This document shows positions 18,899 through 29,048 of a DNA stretch of 54,345 nt, in pieces. The notes below the pieces were generated by a model that was given only the letters and a program-made list of their open reading frames with translations, had not been told where the DNA came from and searched no databases. The DNA comes from a bacterium. GTDB lineage: Bacteria; Patescibacteriota; Microgenomatia; Daviesbacterales; UBA10151. Position 1 is the stretch's first letter; each line of letters begins with the position of its first letter. The DNA is taken from contig JAJYNW010000003.1 in NCBI GenBank assembly GCA_021786105.1, positions 1 through 54,345 of the forward strand. The letters run 5' to 3'. Both the position numbers and the translations under genes were made by a program.

Positions 18899-21072
18899 TA
18901 AATTTTAGCCCTCTTTAATAATAATGAATTGCTGACTACTGATATTGAACTCATCGCCATGGCGGCTGAGGCAAAAATCGGACTTAGCAACAGGTGAAAA
19001 AACGGATATAACACTCCCATAGCCACCGGAATCAGAATAATATTATAACCGAATGCCCAGAAAAGGTTAAGTCTGATGGTTCTCATAGTCTTTTTTGATA
19101 AATTAATGGCCGAAGCAACTGAGCGCAAATCTTTATTTATCAAGGTAATTCCTGCCGCCTCAATGGCCACATCCGTTCCCGTTCCCATGGCAATTCCAAT
19201 ATTGGCAGCTGCTAAAGCCGGTGCATCGTTAATGCCATCCCCCACCATCGCTACCACTTTACCCTCAGCTTGGATTTTCCTCACTTCAGCCTCTTTTTGA
19301 TCTGGTAGGACTTCCGCTAATACCCTCTTGATGCCAACTTGTTTAGCAATGGCATTGGCTGTCCTTTGGTTGTCTCCGGTAATCAGCACCACCTCGATCC
19401 CCATTTCTTGTAAGCTTTTTACACCTTCTTTGGCTGAATCTTTTAAGGTATCTGCTACGGCAATCAAACCCTTAAATTTACCCTCTACACCTAACATCAT
19501 GACCGTTTTTCCTTCATTCTCCAAACTTTCAATTTCCTTCTCATTAATTTTAATTTTTTCTTTTGCCATCGATCTCCGGTTTCCCAAAACCACCCGCTTT
19601 CCACCAACCACCCCTTCCACCCCATGTCCGGGAATGGCCTTAAATTTGGTAACTTCCAAAAACTTAATCTTTTCCTCTTCCCCTTTTTTCACAATTGCCT
19701 CAGCCAGTGAATGTTCCGAACCTTTTTCTAAAGAAGCGGCCATCTGCAGTATATTCCCCGTCACGTCAGTTACTTCCGGTTTACCATAAGTTAAAGTCCC
19801 GGTTTTATCAAAAATTATGGCATTAACTTTGTGAGCAGTTTCCAAGCTCTCCGCATCTTTGATCAAAATCCCGCGTTCTGCCCCCAAACCCGTACCCACT
19901 ATAACAGCCGTAGGTGTTGCTAACCCCATCGCGCAAGGACAGGCAATAATCAAAACTGCCACCATATTTAACATGGCAAACAAAAAGGTAGGGGAGGGGC
20001 CAAACACATACCAGATCACAAAGGTTAAAATGGCCAGCATGATCACCACCGGCACAAAATAGGAAGAAATCAAATCTGCCAGCCTTTGGATTGGCGCTTT
20101 AGAACTTTGCGCCTCTTCCACCAGCTTGATAATTTGGGACAATAAAGTATCTCTGCCAACTTTAGTAGCTTTAAAAGTAAAAGTCCCGGTTTTATTAATG
20201 GTGGCTCCCACCACCATATCGCCTTTGACTTTATCAACCGGAATACTCTCGCCAGTTACCATTGATTCGTCAATACTCGACTCCCCTTCCAGAATTTTTC
20301 CATCAACCGGGATTTTCTCACCCGGCCTCACCCTGATCACATCACCTACCACTACCTCTAAAATCGGAATATCAACTTCTTTACCATTCCTAACCACCCG
20401 TGCAGTTTTGGCCTGCAAACCAATCAAGCGCTTAATAGCCTCAGACGTACCAGCCTTGGCCCTAGCTTCAAAGTAACGGCCCAATAAAATCAACCCAATA
20501 ATCACCGTGGACACATCAAAATATGGCATCGGTTCAATACCCACACTTTGCACCACACCTGGAAACAAGGTCACAAAAACAGAATAGGCAAAGGCCACGC
20601 TGGTACCTATCGCCACTAAAGTATCCATATTGGCAGTCCGGTGCCTTAAAGCAGGTATTGTAGCCCGATAAAACTCCAAACCCACCCAAAATTGCACCGG
20701 CATGGCCAAAACCATTTGCATCCAGGCCGGTAATCCTAAAAATGCCCCGGCTATCACGGTTGTACCTAACAATAAACTAAAAATAACTTTATTCCGCAAT
20801 TTATTAAGTTCTTTTTGTTTTTCCGCCTTTTGCTGGTCTTCGTCTTTTACCACCTCTTCCAACTCTGCTTTATAACCCACATTAGCTACAGCTGAGGCTA
20901 AATCCTGGTCAGCTACTTTATCAGAGTCATATTCCACACTGGCCTTTTCCATGGCCAGATTGACTGTGGCAGCGGAAACCCCCTCCACTCGTGACAAGGC
21001 TTTCTCGATTACCCGCACGCAAGACGCACAGTGCATACCCTTAATCGGAAATGTTTTTTTGACCTCTGCCAT
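18898..21072 (-). CDS. copA: Cu+-exporting P1B-type ATPase
   Basis: [36 protein letters not shown] and MAMSS. Confidence 0.95.
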   Translation of the reverse strand: MAEVKKTFPIKGMHCASCVRVIEKALSRVEGVSAATVNLAMEKASVEYDSDKVADQDLASAVANVGYKAELEEVVKDEDQQKAEKQKELNKLRNKVIFSLLLGTTVIAGAFLGLPAWMQMVLAMPVQFWVGLEFYRATIPALRHRTANMDTLVAIGTSVAFAYSVFVTLFPGVVQSVGIEPMPYFDVSTVIIGLILLGRYFEARAKAGTSEAIKRLIGLQAKTARVVRNGKEVDIPILEVVVGDVIRVRPGEKIPVDGKILEGESSIDESMVTGESIPVDKVKGDMVVGATINKTGTFTFKATKVGRDTLLSQIIKLVEEAQSSKAPIQRLADLISSYFVPVVIMLAILTFVIWYVFGPSPTFLFAMLNMVAVLIIACPCAMGLATPTAVIVGTGLGAERGILIKDAESLETAHKVNAIIFDKTGTLTYGKPEVTDVTGNILQMAASLEKGSEHSLAEAIVKKGEEEKIKFLEVTKFKAIPGHGVEGVVGGKRVVLGNRRSMAKEKIKINEKEIESLENEGKTVMMLGVEGKFKGLIAVADTLKDSAKEGVKSLQEMGIEVVLITGDNQRTANAIAKQVGIKRVLAEVLPDQKEAEVRKIQAEGKVVAMVGDGINDAPALAAANIGIAMGTGTDVAIEAAGITLINKDLRSVASAINLSKKTMRTIRLNLFWAFGYNIILIPVAMGVLYPFFHLLLSPIFASAAMAMSSISVVSNSLLLKRAKI

Positions 21073-21073
21073 A

Positions 21074-21433
21074 TTACTTAACCACAATCTTTCCGTGGTA
21101 CATGTTCATACCACAAGCATAACCATATTCCCCGGCCTTTTCCGGAGTGATTTCTACACTTACTTTTTTATTTAAAGGCAATTGTTTTTTAATTTTGAAA
21201 TCCGGCAAAACCACTTCTGACAAACAATCAGTCGGATCTGTCCGGATAAAATTAATTTTGGTAGTTTTTCCCCTGGGTACTAAAATCACTTCCGGCGAAT
21301 ATCCCCCGGAAACAGTAATATCTACTTCATTCTTTACAGCTACTTCTTTTTCGTTCTTTCTAAGAAAGAACCAATAAGTAAAAATTATTCCCAAAAAACC
21401 AGTAATTATTACGATAATTTTATCTGTTCCCAT
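21074..21433 (-). CDS. Membrane-anchored cupredoxin-domain protein (CupA-like)
   Basis: N-terminal TM, GGYSP, C...CGMNM. Confidence 0.82.
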   Translation of the reverse strand: MGTDKIIVIITGFLGIIFTYWFFLRKNEKEVAVKNEVDITVSGGYSPEVILVPRGKTTKINFIRTDPTDCLSEVVLPDFKIKKQLPLNKKVSVEITPEKAGEYGYACGMNMYHGKIVVK

Positions 21434-21434
21434 A

Positions 21435-21707
21435 TTACTTGCTTTTTTTGAAAACATTCATAATTTCTTGTATTGATTCATTAGCTTCGCCGTTTTTAAT
21501 GTGGTCTACCACGCAAGTCTGGAGATGGTTTTCCAAAACTACCCCATCAGCCTCCTTTAAAGCTTGCTGAACAGCTTGGGATTGATGAATTACATCAATA
21601 CAATAATGTCCAGATTCAACCATTTGGATAACTTTTTGTAAGTGCCCTTTGGCAATTTTTAATCTATGTAAAATTCGCTCCTGGGTATCTTTTGGCCTGT
21701 ATGTCAT
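21435..21707 (-). CDS. csoR: Copper-sensing repressor CsoR
   Basis: RLKIAKGH, YCIDV, ENHLQTC (Cys-His-Cys). Start at 21707, since the upstream ATG lies in the promoter/operator. Confidence 0.88.
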   Translation of the reverse strand: MTYRPKDTQERILHRLKIAKGHLQKVIQMVESGHYCIDVIHQSQAVQQALKEADGVVLENHLQTCVVDHIKNGEANESIQEIMNVFKKSK

Positions 21708-21728
21708 ATATCCCCCTATGGGGGATAT
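21708..21728. promoter_or_regulatory. CsoR operator
   Basis: ATATCCCCC-TAT-GGGGGATAT palindrome with C/G tracts, next to minus-strand TTGACA (21751-21756), 18-bp spacer, TATGAT (21727-21732). Confidence 0.85.
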
Positions 21729-21796
21729 CATAATTCAAATAGGAAAGTAATGTCAATATCGCAAGACAATTTAATTTATGTATATAATGGAAATAG

Positions 21797-22801
21797 ATGA
21801 AAATTGCCTTTTTTGAGATTAACGAACAAGAGAAAAAAGACTACTTCTCTCAAAATCTAACCGGGCATGAAGTGGGATTTTTCGAACAAGCTTTAGGTGA
21901 AAATTTTGTTCCGAATCATACCGATTTTGAAGTCATTTCCATCTTTGTAGGATCAAAAATAAACCAAACAGTTATTGACGCTTTCCCCAATTTAAAAGCC
22001 ATTGTTGTTCGGGCTACCGGTTTTGACAATGTGGACTTGGCATATACCAAGTCTAAAAACATCCTGGTTTGCAATGTCCCGGCTTACGGCTCTAACACCG
22101 TAGCTGAATTTACCTTCGGTCTGATTTTATCTCTATCCCGGAAAATCCCCCAAGCTTCCTACAGACTTAAAGTCAGCGAAGAATTCTCTTTTGAAGGTCT
22201 GCGCGGCTTTGATTTAAACGGCAAAACTTTGGGCGTGATTGGGACCGGAAAAATCGGCAGCAATGTCATCAAAATTGCCAAAGGCTTTAATATGGCAGTC
22301 TTAGCCTATGACCCTCACCAAAATGAAGAACTTACCAAAACCTTAAGTTTTAATTATGTCACCCTAGAAGAGTTATTAAAAAATTCTGATATTGTTACCA
22401 TCCACGTCCCTTTAATGGAGCAAACTCATCACCTTATTAATAAAGACAATCTTCCCTTAATGAAAAAAGGCAGTTTGTTAATAAATACCTCAAGAGGTGG
22501 AATTGTCGATACTGATGCTTTATCCAAAGCTTTAATGCAAGAACAATTGGGCGGAGCAGCTTTGGATGTTTTGGAAGAAGAAGGTGACTTAAAGGAAGAA
22601 ATTGAGCTTTTAGTTGCGGACAAGATTCCACTGGAAGATTATAAAAAGGTTATTGAAGATCATGTTTTAATTCATTTGCCTAATGTGATTATCACCCCTC
22701 ACATGGCTTTTTATACCAAAGAGGCGGAATTTTCCATCATGGAAACAACTGTTAAAAACATCAAATCTGCTTTAGCCGACACACCGGAAAATGTAGTTTA
22801 A
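21797..22801 (+). CDS. D-2-hydroxyacid dehydrogenase (D-lactate dehydrogenase-like)
   Basis: RATGFDNVD, GVIGTGKIG, INTSRG, LDVLEEE, TPHMAF. Confidence 0.9.
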   Translation: MKIAFFEINEQEKKDYFSQNLTGHEVGFFEQALGENFVPNHTDFEVISIFVGSKINQTVIDAFPNLKAIVVRATGFDNVDLAYTKSKNILVCNVPAYGSNTVAEFTFGLILSLSRKIPQASYRLKVSEEFSFEGLRGFDLNGKTLGVIGTGKIGSNVIKIAKGFNMAVLAYDPHQNEELTKTLSFNYVTLEELLKNSDIVTIHVPLMEQTHHLINKDNLPLMKKGSLLINTSRGGIVDTDALSKALMQEQLGGAALDVLEEEGDLKEEIELLVADKIPLEDYKKVIEDHVLIHLPNVIITPHMAFYTKEAEFSIMETTVKNIKSALADTPENVV

Positions 22802-23449
22802 TTACTTTTTAAGCTCTTGCGCCACAGCCGTGTTTAAATCGTCAAATGACTGTAGAACAACTTTATGGCCATTAACATAAAAAGTTGGTGTGGAATTTAC
22901 TCCCAAACTTTGACCATCAGCCACATCACTATCAATCTTTGATTTAACTGGATTTCCTGCCATATCTTGTTTAAGCTTATTCTCATCCAAACCTACTTGT
23001 TTACTCAAATCCATAAAGAAATTATTTACATCAGTAAGACCTGACCATTCTGCTTGAGTTTCAAAAAGCTTGTCGTGTATTTCCCAAAACTTGCCTTGCT
23101 GCCCGGCTGCTTCAGCCAAAATTGCCGCCTCTCTACCGTGGGTATGCTGGGGAAGCGGAAAATGACGATAAATTAGCTGCACTTGATCCGGATAATCAGC
23201 TCGCAGTTTTTTTACTATTGGCTCAGCAGCCAAACAAGCAGGGCACTGCAAATCGGAAAATTCTACCACTTTGACCTTGGCGCTATCACTACCTATCTTT
23301 TCCCCTCTAGAATAATCGATTTGCGCAACAGATGCCTCTTCAGTTGATTTAACATTACTCAATCCTTTGCTCAAAAAAAATACACCACCGCCCAAAAGAA
23401 CTACCGTAAGAATTAATATTACTCCTAATATCTTAGTTTCCGTTGTCAT
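22802..23449 (-). CDS. DsbA-family thiol-disulfide oxidoreductase
   Basis: EFSDLQCPAC, RHFPL, GVNSTPTF, N-terminal TM. Confidence 0.9.
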   Translation of the reverse strand: MTTETKILGVILILTVVLLGGGVFFLSKGLSNVKSTEEASVAQIDYSRGEKIGSDSAKVKVVEFSDLQCPACLAAEPIVKKLRADYPDQVQLIYRHFPLPQHTHGREAAILAEAAGQQGKFWEIHDKLFETQAEWSGLTDVNNFFMDLSKQVGLDENKLKQDMAGNPVKSKIDSDVADGQSLGVNSTPTFYVNGHKVVLQSFDDLNTAVAQELKK

Positions 23450-23870
23450 AATCTTCTTTGCGGGCTGAAACTACAGCCAGCAAAATTATAACCGATATTA
23501 TAAACGATAATACACACCAAAAGCAAAAAGCCTTGATCACAAACGCTTCAAGAAAGGTTAAATATACACCAAAAGCAACTGCCGCCACCGCACCTAGTAA
23601 CTGCAATTTCTTGATTATTTTTTGAACTGACTTTTGAGAATGCACTACCGAAAGCACAGCCATTCCCAAATAAAAAGCTATTCCTAAGATAGGTACAGGG
23701 ATTCCCAGGATGTGAGAGTAGACACTGGACCGGACAGTATCGCAACCGCCGCCAATCGGACAAACAATCGGCCCGGTTATGGTGTACTCATATAATAAGA
23801 AAGAAGATACAAAGAGTCCTAGCAAGCTGAAAATAAAAATTAACCGGTTAGATAGGTTAGATGAAATCAT
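23433..23870 (-). CDS. Vitamin K epoxide reductase family protein (DsbB substitute)
   Basis: CPIGGGCDTV..S, C-terminal CFWC, four TM helices, next to DsbA. Confidence 0.9.
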   Translation of the reverse strand: MISSNLSNRLIFIFSLLGLFVSSFLLYEYTITGPIVCPIGGGCDTVRSSVYSHILGIPVPILGIAFYLGMAVLSVVHSQKSVQKIIKKLQLLGAVAAVAFGVYLTFLEAFVIKAFCFWCVLSFIISVIILLAVVSARKEDYDNGN

Positions 23871-24877
23871 TTCTCCTTCATGCTTATTACATGAGTGATA
23901 GCTTTAATAATCGCTTCTTTGGTTAATCCAAACTTAACCAGCAGTTCATTCGGTTCGCCTGATTCGCCAAACTGATCCTCCACACCAATAATTTTTAACG
24001 GCACCGGGAAATTCTGAGACAAAATTTCTGCCACTGCTCCTCCCAAACCGCCAATTACCTGATGTTCTTCTACTGTCACAATCACCCCACACTCCTCTGC
24101 CGCTTTTAGAATAGTTTGCTTATCTAAAGGTTTAATAGTGTGACAATTTATTACTCGAACAGATATTTTGTGCAATTCCATCTCTTTAGCTGCCTGCAAG
24201 GCTTTATGAACCATCTGACCGGTAGCAATAACCGCTACATCGCTACCCTCATAAAATACTTCTGCCTTACCGATTTCAAAAGGAGTTTGATCGGTGGTAA
24301 TCACCGGAACCTTATCTCTGGATAGCCTTAAATAACAGGGTTTAGGGGATTTAGCTATGGCCAGAGTGGCCTTCCTGGCTTCAATTGAATCAGTCGGGGA
24401 GACAACTATCATATTTGGTAAACTGCGCATTAAAGCAAGATCTTCTAAAGCCTGATGCGTTGCGCCGTCCGGCCCGACCGACAAACCGGCATGAGAACCA
24501 ATCACTTTAACCGGCGCATCATTATAGCAGGCAGTAGTTCTGATCTGTTCCCAATTTCTGCCCGGAGAAAAAGTGGCATAAGAGGAAATAAAAGGAATTT
24601 TTCCAGCCAAAGCCATACCGGCGGCTACAGTTGCCAAGTTCTGCTCTGCCACCCCCACCTCCACATACCTTTGGGGGAATTTTTCAGCAAAAGCCAAAGT
24701 TCGGGTGGATTCCAAAAGATCCGCACAAAGCGCCACCACCTGTTCATTTTCCTCCCCTGCCAACACTAAACCTTCTCCATATCCATCTCGAGAAGGAAAC
24801 TTCTCAATATCCGGATCAAAAAGTCTTGGATTCAGATAAGCTTGTTTGTTTAACATAATCTTTTTAGGTTTACCCAA
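23867..24877 (-). CDS. Transketolase C-terminal subunit
   Basis: GVAEQN, GPDGATHQ, TVEEH; alternative start at 24856. Confidence 0.92.
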   Translation of the reverse strand: MGKPKKIMLNKQAYLNPRLFDPDIEKFPSRDGYGEGLVLAGEENEQVVALCADLLESTRTLAFAEKFPQRYVEVGVAEQNLATVAAGMALAGKIPFISSYATFSPGRNWEQIRTTACYNDAPVKVIGSHAGLSVGPDGATHQALEDLALMRSLPNMIVVSPTDSIEARKATLAIAKSPKPCYLRLSRDKVPVITTDQTPFEIGKAEVFYEGSDVAVIATGQMVHKALQAAKEMELHKISVRVINCHTIKPLDKQTILKAAEECGVIVTVEEHQVIGGLGGAVAEILSQNFPVPLKIIGVEDQFGESGEPNELLVKFGLTKEAIIKAITHVISMKEK

Positions 24878-25772
24878 TTTCCGATAATTCCTTTACTCCA
24901 CCTGCAGAACCTAAAACACTCCCTGCTTCCCGGCTACTTTTATCTAAAGTCCTAAGCTCTGCTAAAGCTAGTTCCGCCTCTTCTTTATTAGGCGGTTTAC
25001 CGTGCCATTCAGGTTTGTTTTCCATAAAACTAACCCCTTTCCCGGGAGTAGTATGAGCCAGAATTAATGTAGGCTTTTCAAGAATCGCTTTCGCCTCATC
25101 AAAAGCCGCAATAATTTCTGAGATATTGTGTCCATCAACTTCTATCACATGCCAACCAAAAGCTTCATACTTGGCTTTTAAATCATTCAAAGGCATCACG
25201 TCTTCCGTAAACCCGTCAATTTGAATATTATTCCGGTCCAATAAAGCCGTTAAATTATGCAGTTTATACTTGCCTGCCAGCATTGCTCCTTCCCAGGTAT
25301 TACCCTCATCCTGCTCTCCGTCTGACATCAGACAAATTACCCTCCACTTAGCATTATCTATCCTTCCTGCTAAAGCCAAACCCGTAGCTTGCGACAAGCC
25401 GGATCCCAAAGGACCCGAGGTCGTTTCCACACCAGGCAAAGCACCCCTATGCGGATGGCCTTGTAGCCTGCTGCCTAATTTCCGAAGAGTTAACAGTTCC
25501 GAAACCGAAAAATACCCCGACTCTGCCATAGCTGCATAACGCACCGGACAAATATGACCATGAGACAAAATTAACCTGTCCCGCTCGCTCCAGTCCGGCT
25601 TTGCCGGATTGTGGTTTAAAATATGGAAGTAAAGCGCGGCAAAAACATCTGCCATGCCTAAAGCGCCGGCAGAATGGCCTGATTTTGCCTCCAAAAGCAT
25701 TTTGATGATATCCTGACGGATTAAATTGGCTTTTTCTTCCAATTTTTGAATGTCGTTGGCGCTTAAAGACAT
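24870..25772 (-). CDS. Transketolase N-terminal (ThDP-binding) subunit
   Basis: SGH, DRLILSHGH, LQGHP, SDGEQDEG...N, WHG. Confidence 0.92.
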   Translation of the reverse strand: MSLSANDIQKLEEKANLIRQDIIKMLLEAKSGHSAGALGMADVFAALYFHILNHNPAKPDWSERDRLILSHGHICPVRYAAMAESGYFSVSELLTLRKLGSRLQGHPHRGALPGVETTSGPLGSGLSQATGLALAGRIDNAKWRVICLMSDGEQDEGNTWEGAMLAGKYKLHNLTALLDRNNIQIDGFTEDVMPLNDLKAKYEAFGWHVIEVDGHNISEIIAAFDEAKAILEKPTLILAHTTPGKGVSFMENKPEWHGKPPNKEEAELALAELRTLDKSSREAGSVLGSAGGVKELSEIG

Positions 25773-25775
25773 ATG

Positions 25776-26405
25776 CTATATAGTAAAACTGCTTTCCTGT
25801 GCTTGGGCCTGTTGGAGCTGGCCTACTTTATACTCTTGGGCAAAGCTGGAAATTGCCTCCAGCACCTCATCCGGCGAATCAACAATTTTGTAAACTTTCA
25901 GTTCTTGCGGTCTTAACAGCATGTTAGCCTTAAAAGCACCAATGATATTTTCCCAAAACTTTCCATAAAGAATTAGCGGCTTATGGTGGCCAAAGTAAAG
26001 TTTAGCCAGTCCCCAGGCCATCCCGAATTCTGAAATAGTCCCCGAACCTCCGTTAAAAACAATATAAACCTGTCCTGTTTTTATCAGAGCCAGCGTTCTC
26101 TCGACATAATTAGTAGTCCTGATTTCCTCATCAAATAAATTTTTGGGGTCTCTTCCCTCAAAATTTGGGATATCTTCAGAATACAAAGTCACCCCAATCA
26201 CCTTACCGCCACCTTCTTTAGCTCCGATTGTAGCAGCCCTCATTACTCCCGGCCCTCCTCCGTCCACTACCGTATAACCTGCTTCTGCTAGTTTCCTACT
26301 CACCTCTCTTACGGACTTAAACAATTCCCCGTTTTCCGAGGCATCGGCATAACCAAAAACTGCCACATTTTGAATAGTTGATACTTTTTTTGCTTTAGGA
26401 TCCAT
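25776..26405 (-). CDS. LOG-family (nucleotide phosphoribohydrolase-like) protein
   Basis: VAVFG, GGGPGVM, GGSGTISE. Confidence 0.8.
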   Translation of the reverse strand: MDPKAKKVSTIQNVAVFGYADASENGELFKSVREVSRKLAEAGYTVVDGGGPGVMRAATIGAKEGGGKVIGVTLYSEDIPNFEGRDPKNLFDEEIRTTNYVERTLALIKTGQVYIVFNGGSGTISEFGMAWGLAKLYFGHHKPLILYGKFWENIIGAFKANMLLRPQELKVYKIVDSPDEVLEAISSFAQEYKVGQLQQAQAQESSFTI

Positions 26406-26421
26406 TTAAAACCTTCCTGTA

Positions 26422-27108
26422 TTATATTCCGATTTCGTCAGCAAAATGACCTTGATCTGCTGAAATACCCGAATGACATTTCAACCAAAGTTTTTCCAAG
26501 TTTTCCTCAACATCTCCCTTCAAAAGGAATGAACCGACAATTACGTAATCCACCCCGGCATCAACAAGTTGTTTAATATTTGCGTCCCTAACTGCACCGT
26601 CTACTCCAACCCTCACCGGCCACTTTCTTGATTTAGAATCCTTAATTTTATCTAAGATTCCGTCAATAAATGGTTGACCCTGAAAACCCGGAACAACAGA
26701 CATCAATAGCACCGAATCTATTTTAGACACAAATGGCTCTAATTTTTCAAGTGGAGTTTCATAATTTACTACTAAACCAACTTCCAACCCCTTTGTTTTA
26801 CCGCAATCTATAGAATCGCTAACACCATCAGCTTCCAGATGGAGAAAAACACGCTTAAAATCTGCTTTTACCAGCTCGTCTATCCATTCTTTAGGGTATT
26901 GCACCATCAAATGAGCCTCTTTTTTAAAAGGGATTTCAAATTTAGAAGTCACCAACGGTCTAATCCCGTGATTTGGAACAAATTTATTGTCCATGAAGTC
27001 AAGATGTACCCAACCGCCTTGAAGAGCTTCCACTGCAGCAAATCTTGCTATGTCTTTTTGATACTGTTCTTCAGAGGTTGCCAAAACTGTCGGAATAATT
27101 TGGACCAT
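26422..27108 (-). CDS. rpe: Ribulose-phosphate 3-epimerase
   Basis: HLDFMD..FVPN, HLMV, MSVVPGFQGQ, VDG, VGS. Confidence 0.92.
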   Translation of the reverse strand: MVQIIPTVLATSEEQYQKDIARFAAVEALQGGWVHLDFMDNKFVPNHGIRPLVTSKFEIPFKKEAHLMVQYPKEWIDELVKADFKRVFLHLEADGVSDSIDCGKTKGLEVGLVVNYETPLEKLEPFVSKIDSVLLMSVVPGFQGQPFIDGILDKIKDSKSRKWPVRVGVDGAVRDANIKQLVDAGVDYVIVGSFLLKGDVEENLEKLWLKCHSGISADQGHFADEIGI

Positions 27109-27611
27109 TATATTTCTTCTTCAAGCTTTTTAATTTTCTCAATTCTTCTCACATGCCGCTCTTCTTTGGTAAACGGAGCTTCCAGCCAGAATTTAATCGC
27201 TTTTAAAGCATCTTCATCTGTTAAAAACCTGACTCCCAAAGACAGCATATTTGCATCATTATGCTCCCGGGTAAGCCTCAACATTTCATAAGGATCAACA
27301 CTCGTTCTTCCGGTGATATCAGCAGCCCGGACCGGTGCGACTGCCGCATAAAACAAAGCACAGCGTATGCCTTTAAATTTATTTGCCACCATCATCTCGG
27401 CCTGCCCTGAACCGCCAAAGATAATTCCTCTACTATCAGGGTTTTTAGATACGGCTTCTGCTGCCTTGGAAATAAAATCAGGATAATCGTCGTATTTATC
27501 AAAAGTATAGGCACCACAATCCTCTACCTCATAACCCTCTTTTCCCAAAAACTCTTTTACCTTATTCTTAAGTTCAAACCCAGTGTGATCCGTGGCCAGA
27601 TATACTTTCAT
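27108..27611 (-). CDS. rpiB: Ribose-5-phosphate isomerase B (Glu-type active site)
   Basis: DHTGFELK, DDYPD, GGSGQAE, REHNDAN, RHVRRI. Confidence 0.92.
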   Translation of the reverse strand: MKVYLATDHTGFELKNKVKEFLGKEGYEVEDCGAYTFDKYDDYPDFISKAAEAVSKNPDSRGIIFGGSGQAEMMVANKFKGIRCALFYAAVAPVRAADITGRTSVDPYEMLRLTREHNDANMLSLGVRFLTDEDALKAIKFWLEAPFTKEERHVRRIEKIKKLEEEI

Positions 27612-27661
27612 AAGCAAGGATACTATATCATAAGTTGTCGCTGACGCGAAGCTAGTTTTTG

Positions 27662-28033
27662 TTACTTATTCCCAATAAGCTGAACAATATTATTATCTAA
27701 ATCAAGGAAAGTAGCGAAATAATAGTCCATCGTAGGTGCTTTAAAAGGAGCAGCAATAAATTCCACGCCTTTATCCTTTAAATATTTATAAGCTTCTTCT
27801 ACCGAATCAACATCCAAATTAAACATGTGTCTGGCCGGATCCTGATTTTTACCCTTAACCTCTGAATGCTGACCTATCCAAAGCTGCGTATCACCTATCT
27901 GGAACAAAGCTCCGGTATCATCCGGGTGATTTAACTCTTTTTTGGGGATCAATCCTAGTTTATCTTTATACCAATCAGCTAAGGCTTTGTAATCTTCTGA
28001 CCAAATTAAAACCGTCGATATTCTTTTAAACAT
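27662..28033 (-). CDS. VOC/glyoxalase family protein
   Basis: WYKDKLG, FNLDVDSVE, FLDLDNN pattern, 123 aa. Confidence 0.8.
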   Translation of the reverse strand: MFKRISTVLIWSEDYKALADWYKDKLGLIPKKELNHPDDTGALFQIGDTQLWIGQHSEVKGKNQDPARHMFNLDVDSVEEAYKYLKDKGVEFIAAPFKAPTMDYYFATFLDLDNNIVQLIGNK

Positions 28034-28060
28034 TAGAAAATTATATCATCTATGAAATTG

Positions 28061-28140
28061 ACGTTTTTGTGCAGCAAAAAGGCAAGGTTCTATTATGCAA
28101 GCAGTAAAATATAACTCATACTGCAAGCGTGATAGGTTCT
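28061..28140. repeat. Dispersed ~80-nt structured element, copy 1 (copy 2 at 54140-54218)
   Basis: 19-bp identity AGCAAAAAGGCAAGGTTCT, shared ACGTTTTTG start and a long hairpin ending in AGGTT. Confidence 0.75.
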
Positions 28141-28217
28141 TATATATTTTGTCCTACTTGACCCCTTTTAAATCCTTTGGTACAAATAATATGGTTATCG
28201 AAAGATAGCTTTTCAAG

Positions 28218-28243
28218 AAAACTCGCCTCGCGCGAGTTTTTTT
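28218..28243 (+). terminator. Intrinsic terminator upstream of the rib promoter
   Basis: AAAACTCGC-CTCGC-GCGAGTTTT plus T7. Confidence 0.7.
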
Positions 28244-28269
28244 GACTCTTTTTTGGTATAATACAAAAG

Positions 28270-28413
28270 TTCTTTCGGGGATTTGTGTAAGTCAAAATCG
28301 GCAGTAAACTCTGCGAGGATCGGAATTCCGATCCAGGAACTGGTGTAAATCCGGTAGCGACCGTTATAACCCTAAGCGTAAGTCAAAGGGTACAGTCGGG
28401 ATAAAAGAAAGGA
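28270..28413 (+). ncRNA. FMN riboswitch (RFN element)
   Basis: TCTTTCGGGG...TCGGCAGTAAACTCTGCGA...CTGGTGTAAATCCGG..CGACCGT...AGTCGGGATAAAAGAAAG; extended -10 TGgTATAAT (TATAAT at 28257-28262); directly upstream of rib genes. Confidence 0.9.
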
Positions 28414-28441
28414 TGCTACACCAATTTGGTGCTTATTTTAT

Positions 28442-28462
28442 ATCCCCGAAAGGGGATTTTTT
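28442..28462 (+). terminator. Riboswitch expression-platform terminator
   Basis: ATCCCC-GAAA-GGGGAT plus T run just before the ribE start. Confidence 0.75.
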
Positions 28463-28469
28463 AATGTCT

Positions 28470-29048
28470 ATGTTTACAGGAATAATTACACATCTTGGCA
28501 AAGTATCTAAAAAGACAAAGAGAACGTTAACGATTAAAACTAATCAGGACCTCTTGTCTAAAATTACAGAAGGAACCAGCGTCTCTGTAAATGGAATCTG
28601 TCTCACAGTGGTAAATATTAACAGAGACTCTTTTGAAATAGATTTTATGCCGGAAACCTACACACGAACTAGCATAAAATACTTACAACCTGACGATCCG
28701 GCCAACTTAGAACTTCCTGCTACGCCCGCTTCATTTCTATCTGGCCATATTGTCCAAGGACATATTGACGGGACTGCTAAATTAGCAGGTAACACCGAAG
28801 AAAAAAATAATCATATCCTTAAATTTTCTATCCCAAATGATCTTTCCCGGTATATTGCTGAAAAAGGCTCTATTGCTATAAATGGCATCTCTTTAACTGT
28901 TATTGAAGCAGAAAAAAACTATTTTACTGTCGGTATTATCCCTTACACCTGGAACTTTACTATGCTCAAAACTATCAAAATTGGGGACTTCGTCAATATC
29001 GAAACTGATATTTTAGCAAAGTATGTTGAAAGGCTGACAAAAAAATGA
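28470..29048 (+). CDS. ribE: Riboflavin synthase
   Basis: N-terminal MFTG, SVSVNGICLTV, GHIVQGHID, KGSIAINGISLTV, NIETD. Confidence 0.93.
   Translation: MFTGIITHLGKVSKKTKRTLTIKTNQDLLSKITEGTSVSVNGICLTVVNINRDSFEIDFMPETYTRTSIKYLQPDDPANLELPATPASFLSGHIVQGHIDGTAKLAGNTEEKNNHILKFSIPNDLSRYIAEKGSIAINGISLTVIEAEKNYFTVGIIPYTWNFTMLKTIKIGDFVNIETDILAKYVERLTKK

Noticed and set aside
26422-26480. Atypical Rpe C-terminal tail with an imperfect hairpin (similar odd tail on transketolase N subunit)
   Set aside because: Only an 8-bp core stem and no second copy; insufficient to call an inserted element
28413-28469. N-terminal extension of ribE in the ORF track
   Set aside because: It is the riboswitch expression platform; riboflavin synthase begins at MFTG
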